A stretch of DNA of 50,857 nt from Girardia tigrina (lineage: Eukaryota). Shown one piece after another: positions 24,706 to 34,572 of the stretch; positions within the stretch are counted from its first letter, which is position 1, and every line of letters begins with the position of its first letter. The DNA lies in assembly GCA_001938485.1 (NCBI GenBank), contig MQRK01252507.1, positions 141,021 to 191,877 on the forward strand. Direction: 5' to 3'. A program made the translations under genes and the position numbers. Below the pieces are notes generated by a model. It was not told the DNA's origin, did not search any database, and saw only the letters and a program-made list of their open reading frames with translations.

Positions 24706-26192
24706 CTAATTTTTTTGTGAAGGTATCTTTGATTTTTGTAAATCTTGTTCATAATAACGACCAAATATTATAGCGCCTGATAAATCTCGTAATTTATAAG
24801 TCACTGGGTATTCATAGTCCAGAACTTTGGCGATTTCATATAATTCTCTTGTCCATTTTACCTCGTAACCTTTGATATAATTTCTCTTTTTTCGCTCTGC
24901 ATCCGTTAATAATGATTTGGCAATGAAAATTCTTACCTTATCACCGATTTTGAATTTTGATTTCAAATTTTTATCCTTATCATAAGCTTTTTCGGGAATT
25001 TTTCTCACTGGAAAATCGGGTATCTTATTAAACATAACATCATTCGGAGTCTGTTTTGTAGAGCTATGAATTTTATTATTATATTCATTAATTATTATAT
25101 CCAATTCTTTCTGATTAATCTTTTTTCTGATTTTTTACGGGTAAATAAGCGATATATTTGGGATTTTATTGTTTTATTAAATCTTTCAATAAAAACAGGT
25201 TTCTCTTTTACATAGTATAATTTTATATTATTTTTCTCACAAAATCGTTTGAAATCTCCAGTTTGGAACTCAGCTGCGCGATCAGTCCAGAGATAATTTG
25301 GAATTACATTTCCAGCTTCATGAATAATTTCGCGAAAAGCTTTTAATGTTGCTGCAGATGATTTATTCGGTAATAATTTATAAAATCCGTAAAGAGAATA
25401 AAGATCAATAACAGTTAGAATTGGAAACGGGACTGAAGTTGATTTAGGATTTTTAGGTATTTTTAAATTTGTAATTTTCTCAACTATTTCATCTTGTTGA
25501 TTTTCAATATATTCCCTGGTTAAAAATATTAAATCAGCAGACCAGATATGATTCGGCTGATAAACATTTATTTTGAGAAAAGTTTTATTTTTATTATGTG
25601 GAAAATGTAATTTTCTAACTAATTGATCTTCTTGGGATGTTAAATTTTTTTCATGAATTTTACTTTTATAATGTTTATCTTTTAACTTGATATTATAACT
25701 TTTTACACAAGTTTCACAGTAAAATTCGAGAACCTTCGGTTTTCCTTTTTCATCAATATTACCACCAAATACAATTTTACTTTTCATTATGAAATTAATT
25801 AGAAATCTTTCAAATTTTTGTCTTAATTTCAGATCTTGGAGTTGATTTATATCGTGAATTAAATTTATATCAGCCAAGTGTCTATCACGAATATCATCGC
25901 TCCGATATGCTAAATTATGACGATAACACGCTTCATCGAGGCCATCAACAGGCTCATTTTCTTCTCCTAAAGGTTTATCGGTATTGGGATCTAATCGAAT
26001 ATCCAATCTCGTTAATGGCCCACAATAATTTTTACCCGGTAAATGTAATTCACTGTATTTTGTTTTCATAAAACTAGGAATATATTTTGCATAATTAGCG
26101 AGATTTTGTTGTATGTCAGAACCAATTTTGATTTTATTCATTTTTTGATTAAATTTCATCAAAAACCTTCGGTAAATAATAAAAAATCTCAA
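24706..26192 (-). pseudogene. PLA2 / zinc finger / rve integrase fusion (one frameshift near 25100)
   Basis: LHLPGKNYCGP...PVDGLDEACYRHNLAY (parvovirus-type PLA2); CETC..HYKSKIH (zinc finger); IWSADL, LWTDRAAEF and IERFNKTIK (DDE); C-terminus YNNKIHSS..GDKVRI..KGY..WT.ELY..TYKL.DL.G...YYEQDLQK, typical of Polinton integrase. Confidence 0.93.
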
Positions 26193-26307
26193 CTATATCC
26201 TGTTGAATTTTATTCTAATCACGAATACAAAAGAGATAAAATGTATGTTTTTTATTGAAATATTAAATAAACCCTTCTAATTTCAAAACCATTTGTAAGC
26301 AAGCATT

Positions 26308-27304
26308 TTATTTGTGATATACATTTTTCCATTTTAATAAAATTTCCCTTCGGGTAGCACCTTTGGTGCTAAGTGTATCTTTCTCTTCATCTTCACTACA
26401 TTCTTCTATTACTATTTCTTCTTCTTTGAATATATTTTTATAAATTTTTTTCTGGGTACGGTCATAATAGATATAATTATGCTTCTCATCATTCCAGTGA
26501 TCCATTATTTTCTGTTTATATAATTCGGTACAACGCTCATTAAACATGAATAAATCGTTGAATATATAAGATTTATCCCGTTTTCCCAGTTCGAAAAAGA
26601 TGAAACCATTACTATTATTCCGGATAGAATGTTTATCCAATCCATAAAAAGTTTGGGAAATATAAATAGTATTACAATTATTATGTCTTCCTCTGGTAAA
26701 GTAAGATTTCATTATTTTCTGATCAGAAAGGTTAACAACATCATCGAAAATGATAAGATTTTTAGCGTCTTTGGGTAACGAATCACAGGGAACAATCTGA
26801 TTTGGATCACTTGAAAATAGAACGGAAATCGCTTTTTCAGGGTCTCGGATTAAGTATTTTAATTGGTTTTTAGTGCTAAAATTATTAGTTATATATCTCT
26901 TATACGCATAAACCAGATATTCCGGAGGAGGAACATATTTCTTATCAGAAATGTTTCCTAATTCCTCTTTTATCATGTCAAAAAGCATTTCTTGCTTATC
27001 AAAAATATCGAGTATTCCGGCTTTTGATAATGCTGATCCGTCCTCAAATCGAAATCCATTTGCAATGACTTTCAATGACTTGATCAATTGTTGTGGAATA
27101 AAAAATTAGATTATTGAAATCTAAGAAATTATCTTCCAGCAACATTTTGGTTAATAAAACATTTTTTCCACAACCTGATTCACCAATAATTAAAATTCGA
27201 AAATTTTTCGGGAATAATTTATTTTCGAATTTGGATTCGTACATGCGTAAAATATTTAATTTTCCAAAATTCTTTTTGGAAACCTTTGGAAAATCTTTAG
27301 TCAT
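26308..27304 (-). pseudogene. A32/FtsK-like DNA packaging ATPase (frameshift near 27070)
   Basis: Walker A ILIIGESGCGKN, Walker B LIIFDDV, arginine finger/sensor RGRHNNCNTIYISQ, and IRNN. Confidence 0.93.
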
Positions 27305-27907
27305 TTTTAAAGTTATTTTGTTTTTTTATAAAAATGAGTCAAAAAATTTACTTACGAACAGAATTATCTGGATAATATTGATTATGATGAGTGGAATTCG
27401 GATGAAGAATATTATTCGGATTATTCAGATGATATGGATGATGATGAATTGTACAATTTTATTTTAATTGTTAAGAAATGTTTAGATAAAAATAATAAAA
27501 AACTAAAGAAAATAGACGCAGAGAAAAAGAAACTAAAAAAAGGAGAAAGAATGAATTAAAGAAATATAATAAACTTGTAAGAAAAATTAACTTGCATACT
27601 TCCGGTTCTCAAGATGAAGATGAGAAAATTCATTTTCTACAAGAAATTTCAAGAATTTATATAGAACAAATAGGTAAATTAGATAAATTAATTAACGAAT
27701 TATCGGATAAAAAAATAAATCTTATGAGTAGATTTGTTAATATAGATTGACTTGATTTGTCTTGATTAAATTTTAGGAGCATTAAATAATCTTAAAGTTT
27801 TAACATCTTTTTCTTCAGTTTTACATATTTTTTGATAATTATTAAATAAAGTTTTTTCATTTCCACTAATACTTCTTCATCTTCATCACTTTCATAATCA
27901 TTTTTTT

Positions 27908-28216
27908 CTATTTTGTTGTAATATTCCTAGACCTTAAAAAAATTTTTTGTGTATCAGGGTTAGATTTCATTATATCTTTGGCTAAACTCAATTCTTCTTT
28001 TGTTTTATTATGTTCTTTTTTTTCTTTTATATAATTTCGAGTTGTTTCCTTTAAAGAATTTCCAACCACTTGAATAACATTTTGAGAAATAAAAAGTTTG
28101 CGTATTAATTGTGGTCCAATTTCAATTTTATCTCCAGGGTTCATCTTTTTATATTCTAATATATCTTTCAATTCGTTATCTTTTTTAGAAGCTGCGAAAA
28201 TTTCTTTGATATCCAT
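27908..28216 (-). CDS. Polinton-like hypothetical protein
   Basis: 102-aa ORF, co-oriented and tightly packed, with an A-rich start context. Confidence 0.55.
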   Translation of the reverse strand: MDIKEIFAASKKDNELKDILEYKKMNPGDKIEIGPQLIRKLFISQNVIQVVGNSLKETTRNYIKEKKEHNKTKEELSLAKDIMKSNPDTQKIFLRSRNITTK

Positions 28217-28226
28217 TTTTTATTTT

Positions 28227-28667
28227 TTATATTTTAGCTTTTTCAACTTTATCTAATATTTCTTCCATATCAGAATCTGTTTCTTCTTCTTTTTTTCCTT
28301 TTCCTAATATATTTGATCTCTTTAAAGATTTATTTACAGATTTTTTAATTACATTTTTCACAAGATCATTTTCCATTTCTTTATGATTTTCCTCAATATT
28401 TTGTTTTGATTTATTAGTTTTACTTCTTGTTTTTCGAATTGGAACAGAATGTCTATAAAAAGATTGAATATCATAATCTTTCATTATACGATAAAATTTA
28501 TAAGAAGAAATATTAATTTTTTTACATATTTCATTATGTTTTATACCCTGATTTTTATATTTTATATATTCCGTTAATATTTCTTCATTATTTAATGAAT
28601 TAAAATTCATAACATTTAATTTAACATTTTTTTCCAAACATTCAAATGGGAACTCTCGTAATTTCAT
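28227..28667 (-). CDS. Polinton-like hypothetical protein with a probable helix-turn-helix
   Basis: QGIKHNEICKKINISSYKFYRIMK fits an HTH pattern. Confidence 0.55.
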   Translation of the reverse strand: MKLREFPFECLEKNVKLNVMNFNSLNNEEILTEYIKYKNQGIKHNEICKKINISSYKFYRIMKDYDIQSFYRHSVPIRKTRSKTNKSKQNIEENHKEMENDLVKNVIKKSVNKSLKRSNILGKGKKEEETDSDMEEILDKVEKAKI

Positions 28668-28958
28668 TAAATAATCAAGATCTAAAAACTATTTTCATTC
28701 ATTTTATCTTAGGAATAATATGAATTGAGTATTGAAAAATAAAATTATTATGGAAAAAAAATAAAAAAAATCGTGATGATAAAATAAACATAACAAAGGA
28801 ACAAATCATATATTTCTTTTACTTTTCAAGTGAAAATTAAATTAAATTAATCGAGAAACAAAAAATTAAAAATTCAAGACTTAGTCAAACTAAATTGTTT
28901 ATTTATTTATTTTTAAAATTTATATTTTTTAAGAACCGAAGGTGCTCGCTCTTAGAAT

Positions 28959-29255
28959 TTGAAAAATATATTAATTTTGTTTTTAAAGAAAATGACTGAA
29001 AAAATTTTCGATCTGAATAAAAAAATGATTCCAACACCTGATCATATAAAGTTATCTGATGAACTTTATAAAAAGCTCTTATGGGAGCTAGAAATAGCAC
29101 GAAATACCCGATATAAATATTGGGAAAAAGAAATATTTCGCAGGGATCTAAAAGACGAAAAGATCTTTTATAGAATCTTAGATAAAAATCTGAGAAAATA
29201 TTTAATAAAACGTAATAGAGTTTTTACGTATATTGTTAAATATCGCTCATTTTAG
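28959..29255 (+). CDS. Polinton-like hypothetical protein
   Basis: Small divergent ORF next to the terminal repeat region. Confidence 0.4.
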   Translation: MKNILILFLKKMTEKIFDLNKKMIPTPDHIKLSDELYKKLLWELEIARNTRYKYWEKEIFRRDLKDEKIFYRILDKNLRKYLIKRNRVFTYIVKYRSF

Positions 29256-29767
29256 TGTAGTTTTTTTATTAATTTAATAAAAATAAAAAAATATATAAAT
29301 ATTGTAAAAGTATTTTATATTGTATAGTAAAAGTAATGTATAAGTATTGTAAAAGTATTTAGCTAATTTCGGATTGGCTTTTAGCTACGCGATTTTTTCG
29401 GATTCCCGATTTTTATTCATTTTTATTATTAAATAATATGAATTTGAAAAATTGCAGATTTTTCGAATTTTGAAAAAATTTTGAAATTTTGAGAAATTTT
29501 AGAATTTTAGATATTTCAAAATTTTTGAATTTTGAAAAAAATTTTTCGATAATTTTTTATTTTGAAAAATTTGAAAATTGAAAAAATTTTATAAAAAATT
29601 CGCGAAAAAAATTTTATGATTTTTTATTGATTTACGAGCAAAAAATGGGTTTGGTGAAATTTTTCACCAAGTACTTTTTTTGGTCATAAAATCGATAAAA
29701 ATCGACTATTTTTTTAAATTTTAATTTTTAATCGCCCCTTGGCCTATAACAACAATTATCTATTACT

Positions 29768-29970
29768 GACATCGAGTCCAATCGTTCCAAATTCAGTATT
29801 GTACTGCTATCTTTCGTCGTCTTCTTCTTCATTTTGCAACAAAGCATAACGTATCAAAATGCTCAATTAACATCCTAGATGATATGAGTATGTGTAATGG
29901 TGCCTGGTTGGAGGTGACACCCGAAACAATCCAAGGTTGTTTTGATCATTCAGGCTTTATGAAAAAGAAC
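29768..29970 (+). mobile_element. Tigger/pogo transposase C-terminal remnant
   Basis: QSFQIQYCTAIFRRLL...SINILDDM...AWLEVTPETIQGCFDHSGF, the pogo AW-x-x-V-x-x-x-TI-x-x-CF-x-x-x-GF motif. Confidence 0.85.
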
Positions 29971-32580
29971 TGTATTAAATTAACTATTTAAATAAACAAA
30001 AATAGCGAGAAAGAATATATCAATATTCATTTCATTTCTAGAAGGTTTTAAGGGATTTCGAACAGTCTCACAAGCTCTCGAAAGGACTCATAGGAGCCCC
30101 ATTGCCTACTCTAACTCCAACGCGCTCGGGACCAATCTAAAACTAACGAGGATAGTCGAGCTAGACTATCCTCACAATCTTCTCCAAAGGTCTCGGCCGT
30201 ACGGGGTGTGGGTTTGCTAAGGGGTTTCCTTTCGAGTTATATGTTAGATACAACCGCGGTCGTAACACTAGGTTACAAGATGACGAATATGAGATTGAAT
30301 CGTAAGATCAAAACTAAAGTAAACTCCATCTAATAAATAATGTGTTAACAAAATAATAGAATATTAAACTAAATTACTTACTAGTTAATTTTTACAAATA
30401 TCTTTAAAATTAAATCCAAAATAAAGTAAAACAACATTGTGACGATATTATGATAAATTAGAAATTTGTGACAGTATTATGTAAATAATATTTTGAAGTT
30501 TATTTAAATATTCAGAGATTTTTGATACATCAATCTGAATTAAATAGTGTATTATTATCGTCGCCTTGTTTATTTTATATATATAAAACAAGCTTTCGTG
30601 GCTTTGGAGAGAATAGAGAATTTGAAGATTACTGATGGGGTGACTAAATTCAGTGGACAAGAAGATGTCAAAAACTGGATCGATCGATTAAAAACAGCCT
30701 TAAGAATATTCTGGAGGGAGTCAAAATCAGCCTCACTCATTCCTCTGTTCCTGACTGGTGAAGCATATTCTAACTGGAAGCTACTCGATGAAAGCACAAA
30801 ACAAGATCTTGGTACAATAAAAGTCACCCTGAGGAGAGTATATAGCAAGTAAAAAGCACAAGCATGGACGGAGTTGAATAACCTGTCATCATTGTTGAGT
30901 GAGTAACCGGATGTACTTGCAGAAAAAATATCCACGCGGTTGGCGGTGGCCTGTGGAGGGAAGGCGGTACCTGAGGAGGTAATTTCCTTGTTTTTTCTTG
31001 ACTCTTTCCCCACAAATGTGAGAAATCAAGTGTTGGTGTTACATGGTGAAGATATGATAAAAACAAGATAATATCAACAACCTAAAGCGTACTGTTCAGA
31101 GCAAACGGATCGCCACAATATGCCATGGCAGGAGTATAGGAAGAACCAGACAACAGATTGAACATCGCAAGAACCCCCAGCAGTGATACGGTGCTATTGT
31201 TGCAATAAATTGGACCAAATTCGAAGTAACTGTAGAGTAAAGTGCTTCAACTGTGGAAAAATTAGCCATCGTAAGTCTAAATGCTTTAATCTTTCGGGAA
31301 ACGGGGAGAATGAATCTGTCAATTTGCAGAATTAGATGACTGTCTCCCTGTGGGTTTGTGTGTTTGACCTCAGTCTCAATTGCTAATATTAGAAGAGTAG
31401 CAATAATTGATACCGGCTGCAGCATATCTCTAACTACGCGGTGTTGTGTGGTGGAATTAATGGTAAAAAAGAGATAGTTAAATTTATATTGATCAATGGT
31501 GAGTGATCAATATACAGTGACAGTTATGTGAATATGGTAAGTGTAGTTTGTGAGAGGGGGGACTGCAGATGAGTAATGTAAAAGCATTTATAATGTATGT
31601 GCTTCCATTGTGGTGTTGAAATGGTTCTATGACTTGATATTATAACTAAACACAAGATGCTCGGGATAACCCTGACATAACATTAAAAGTGGTATCAACT
31701 GACAAATCTTTGCCGAGTTTTAAAAGAAACAAAAAGAGGGAATCCGTAGCTAACGATGATGTCGACTTCCTCGCGGAGTGGAATAGTGGCCAGTGGAAAG
31801 TCAAGTGGAAATGGAAGCCAGATAATAGTGGTGCGAAAGAATGCTTGGTTACTCGAAATTTGTGAACGATGGAGATAAAGAAGAATTCAACAGAAAAATT
31901 CAATCATGGATTGATGAGGATGTGCTAGTCAATATAAAGAAAGCAAACACGGGTTAATTAGAAGATATCTGTCACTCATTAGTATGATGCAAGAGAAAGG
32001 AAACATTATGAAAATAAGACCCGTATTTGATTACCGGGAGCTGAAAAAATTACTAGAATCGCATCCAACCAATATGTGGAGATAAAATTAGAAAGTAGAG
32101 GCAGTCGGGACAGAATATTGATGTCCTTGATCTCAAGAGATAATACCTACAGATTCACGTTGATTAAAACTTATGAATACATCAAGCAGTAAGATGGTGA
32201 GGTCAAACGTTCTTACTTACTCGTTTAGAATTTGGTTTATGCTCAGCACCAAAGATTATGACGATTATTGCAGAATATATCATCAATTTAAATGATGATC
32301 TCAAGCGAGGTGTATTTCGGGGTTAGAATGCGAAATCTACATACCTTTGTTTGGAAACTAATAGGTCACCTACACATTGGCAATTGTAGTATTGTTGGAA
32401 ATGTTAACGAGATCATAGGAGATGCCACTTGGTTGAGACCCAAGGATAACCTAAATCACATAAATCGTAGCGAATTGAACAATGCCAACAAGGGAATAAA
32501 CTTAGCAGTAAAATGGGCTGTGCACAGACTGATCCTAAAGGTGGATTCAAAAACAGTGTATGGATGGCTCAACTCAATAA

Positions 32581-34572
32581 CACTGTGTAACAATTACCTA
32601 CCATGACGAGCAAGCGAGCTTGTAAAATCTCCCACGACTCCTTTTGCTATATATACGGGTATTATATAGCTCCAAAACAACAAAAATATGCATTTTCAAC
32701 TGGTAGTAAATTATGCAATGTTTATGAGGCTTACTTTGGTGTTCCTGTCACTGATCAAGACAAATCATGGGCGCCACATTTAAGTTGTGATACTTGCCGG
32801 TCAAATTTAGGAAAATGGTTAAATGGTAATCGCAGCAGCATGCCTTTTAGAATCCCTCGGATATGGAGAGAGCCAACAAATCACCACGATGATTGCTATT
32901 ACTATATGGTAGACATGTCCAAATTTTAAAATCCCAGAGATCGAAAAAGTCTTATTTATCCAAAATTCCAATCATCTTCAACCCCCGTGCTTCACTCTAA
33001 AGAATTTCCAGTACATCAACCGCCACCTCTAAAAGCCATCTCTGACGATGAGTTTCCACATACAGAAGATAGTGACGCTGACGTGGATTTTGTTGAAAAA
33101 AGTTCAAAGAATGTCCCACCCTTTCCTAATCAACAGGAGCTTGATGACTTAATAAGAGTCATAGGACTTACGAAATCAAATGCTGAACTACTTACCTCTC
33201 GTTTGAAAGAGTGGAATTTGCTGGATCCAACCTGCAAATCATCAATTTATCGAAAATGACATGAAAGTTTCTCGAAGTTTTATACGATGAAAGACTCGTT
33301 GTGGTACTGCTCAGACGTGACTGGGCTTAATCAAGAAATTGGTTAAGAACATCATCCAAGTTATGGTGGCTAATTATCGACAGTTCAAATAAAAGCCCAA
33401 AGGCTGTTTTACTTCATAACGGCAATATTTTCCTTTCTATCCCAATAGCCCATTCCGTCCACCTCAAAGAAAAGTACGGAAATGTGAAAATCTTGTTACA
33501 AATGATTGATTACGACAAATATAAGTGAGAGGTCTGCGGAGACTTTAAGATGATTGGATTTTTGCTTGGATTACATGGTGAATATACAAAATATTTCTGC
33601 TTTCTTTGTCTCTGGGACAGTCGGACTACAGATCAACACTATGCTCTAAAAAAATTGGCCCCTTAGAGATGCACTTCTTCCAGGAAAGTACGATGTCATA
33701 CACCCGCTATTAGTCTGAAAAGAAAAGATCTTGCTGCCGCCATTACATATAAAGCTTGGACTTGCGAAACAATTTGTAAAAGCTTTAAATCCCAGTGGAT
33801 GGTCTTTCCAATATATTAGCAAAATTTTTCCCAAGTTGTCTGAAGCTAAAGTCCAAGCTGGTGTATTCACGGGCCTTCAAATTGGACTTATGTTGGCGTC
33901 AGAGGACTTGGAAAAGAAGATGACTCCTAAAGAAAGGAATGTCAGGAGAGCCTTTAGGAAAGTTGTGGAAGGATTCTTGGGAAATAAGAAAAGTGACGAG
34001 TACCAACTACTGATCAGTGATTTGCTCAAACACTTCGAAAATCTGGGTCACAGAATGTCGGTGAAACTTCATTCGCATCTACATTGGCTTCGGGAAAACA
34101 TTAGTGACTTTAGAGAGGAGCAAGGGGAACGCTTACACCAGGATATGCAAACAATGGACAAAAGGTAGCGTGGGATACAGCAATGATGGGAGATTATCTT
34201 TGGTTTTTGATTAGAGATGATAGCACACAACATAAAAGATAGTCTCGTTCAAACCTTCATTTTTGATTGTTCACACATAACTTTACAATCTACTGTTATG
34301 CTATTCTTGTTAGTTTGCGCTTCTTTGCTATTAATATTTTGAACTATAACTTCTTGTGGAACATTTTCTGGTCATTACAACAAATCTGATACGAAAAAAA
34401 ATAAAAAAATGAGAGGTTTTTTTGCTAAATTCTTTTTTTTTAAATTCCTAGGTTAATTAGGAGACGGAAAAGATAAACCGATAACAAATTCAAAACCAGT
34501 ATGTCGAAAAGTATCAAAAAATTCTGAAAACCGTTTGCTGGAAAAAATTTCGAAAAATTTTGTTACATAGTG
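32581..34572 (+). mobile_element. Chapaev3 (CMC) DNA transposon
   Basis: TIRs CACTGTGTAACAA / TTGTTACATAGTG, 3-bp TSD TAA on both sides; removing it restores the host RNase H frame. Confidence 0.88.
32603..34260 (+). pseudogene. Chapaev3 transposase, multiple stops and frameshifts
   Basis: DQDKSWAPH..C..C, WREPTNHHDDCY, LPPLHIKLGLAKQFVKAL and EEQGERLHQD motifs. Confidence 0.88.

Larger units (their letters stand above)
20051..29767 (-). mobile_element. endogenous Polinton/Maverick (adintovirus-like) element, copy 1, left-truncated
   Basis: Intronless compact cluster with A32 ATPase, rve integrase, capsid, PLA2 and pX-like ORFs. The right end reads AGTAAT.. on the minus strand exactly where Tigger sequence resumes; subterminal low-complexity repeats at 29280-29730. 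Confidence 0.9.

Noticed and set aside
27044-27087. Possible programmed frameshift in the ATPase
   Set aside because: A local tandem duplication (CAATGACTT twice) explains it, and copy 2 is in frame across this point.
20051-29767. Claim that the virus lacks a DNA polymerase
   Set aside because: The left arm is deleted along with flanking Tigger DNA, so absence cannot be concluded from this window.
30105-30290. Twister ribozyme (TAACTCC and GTTACAAG motifs)
   Set aside because: The P4 loop and pseudoknot partners could not be assembled in the correct order.
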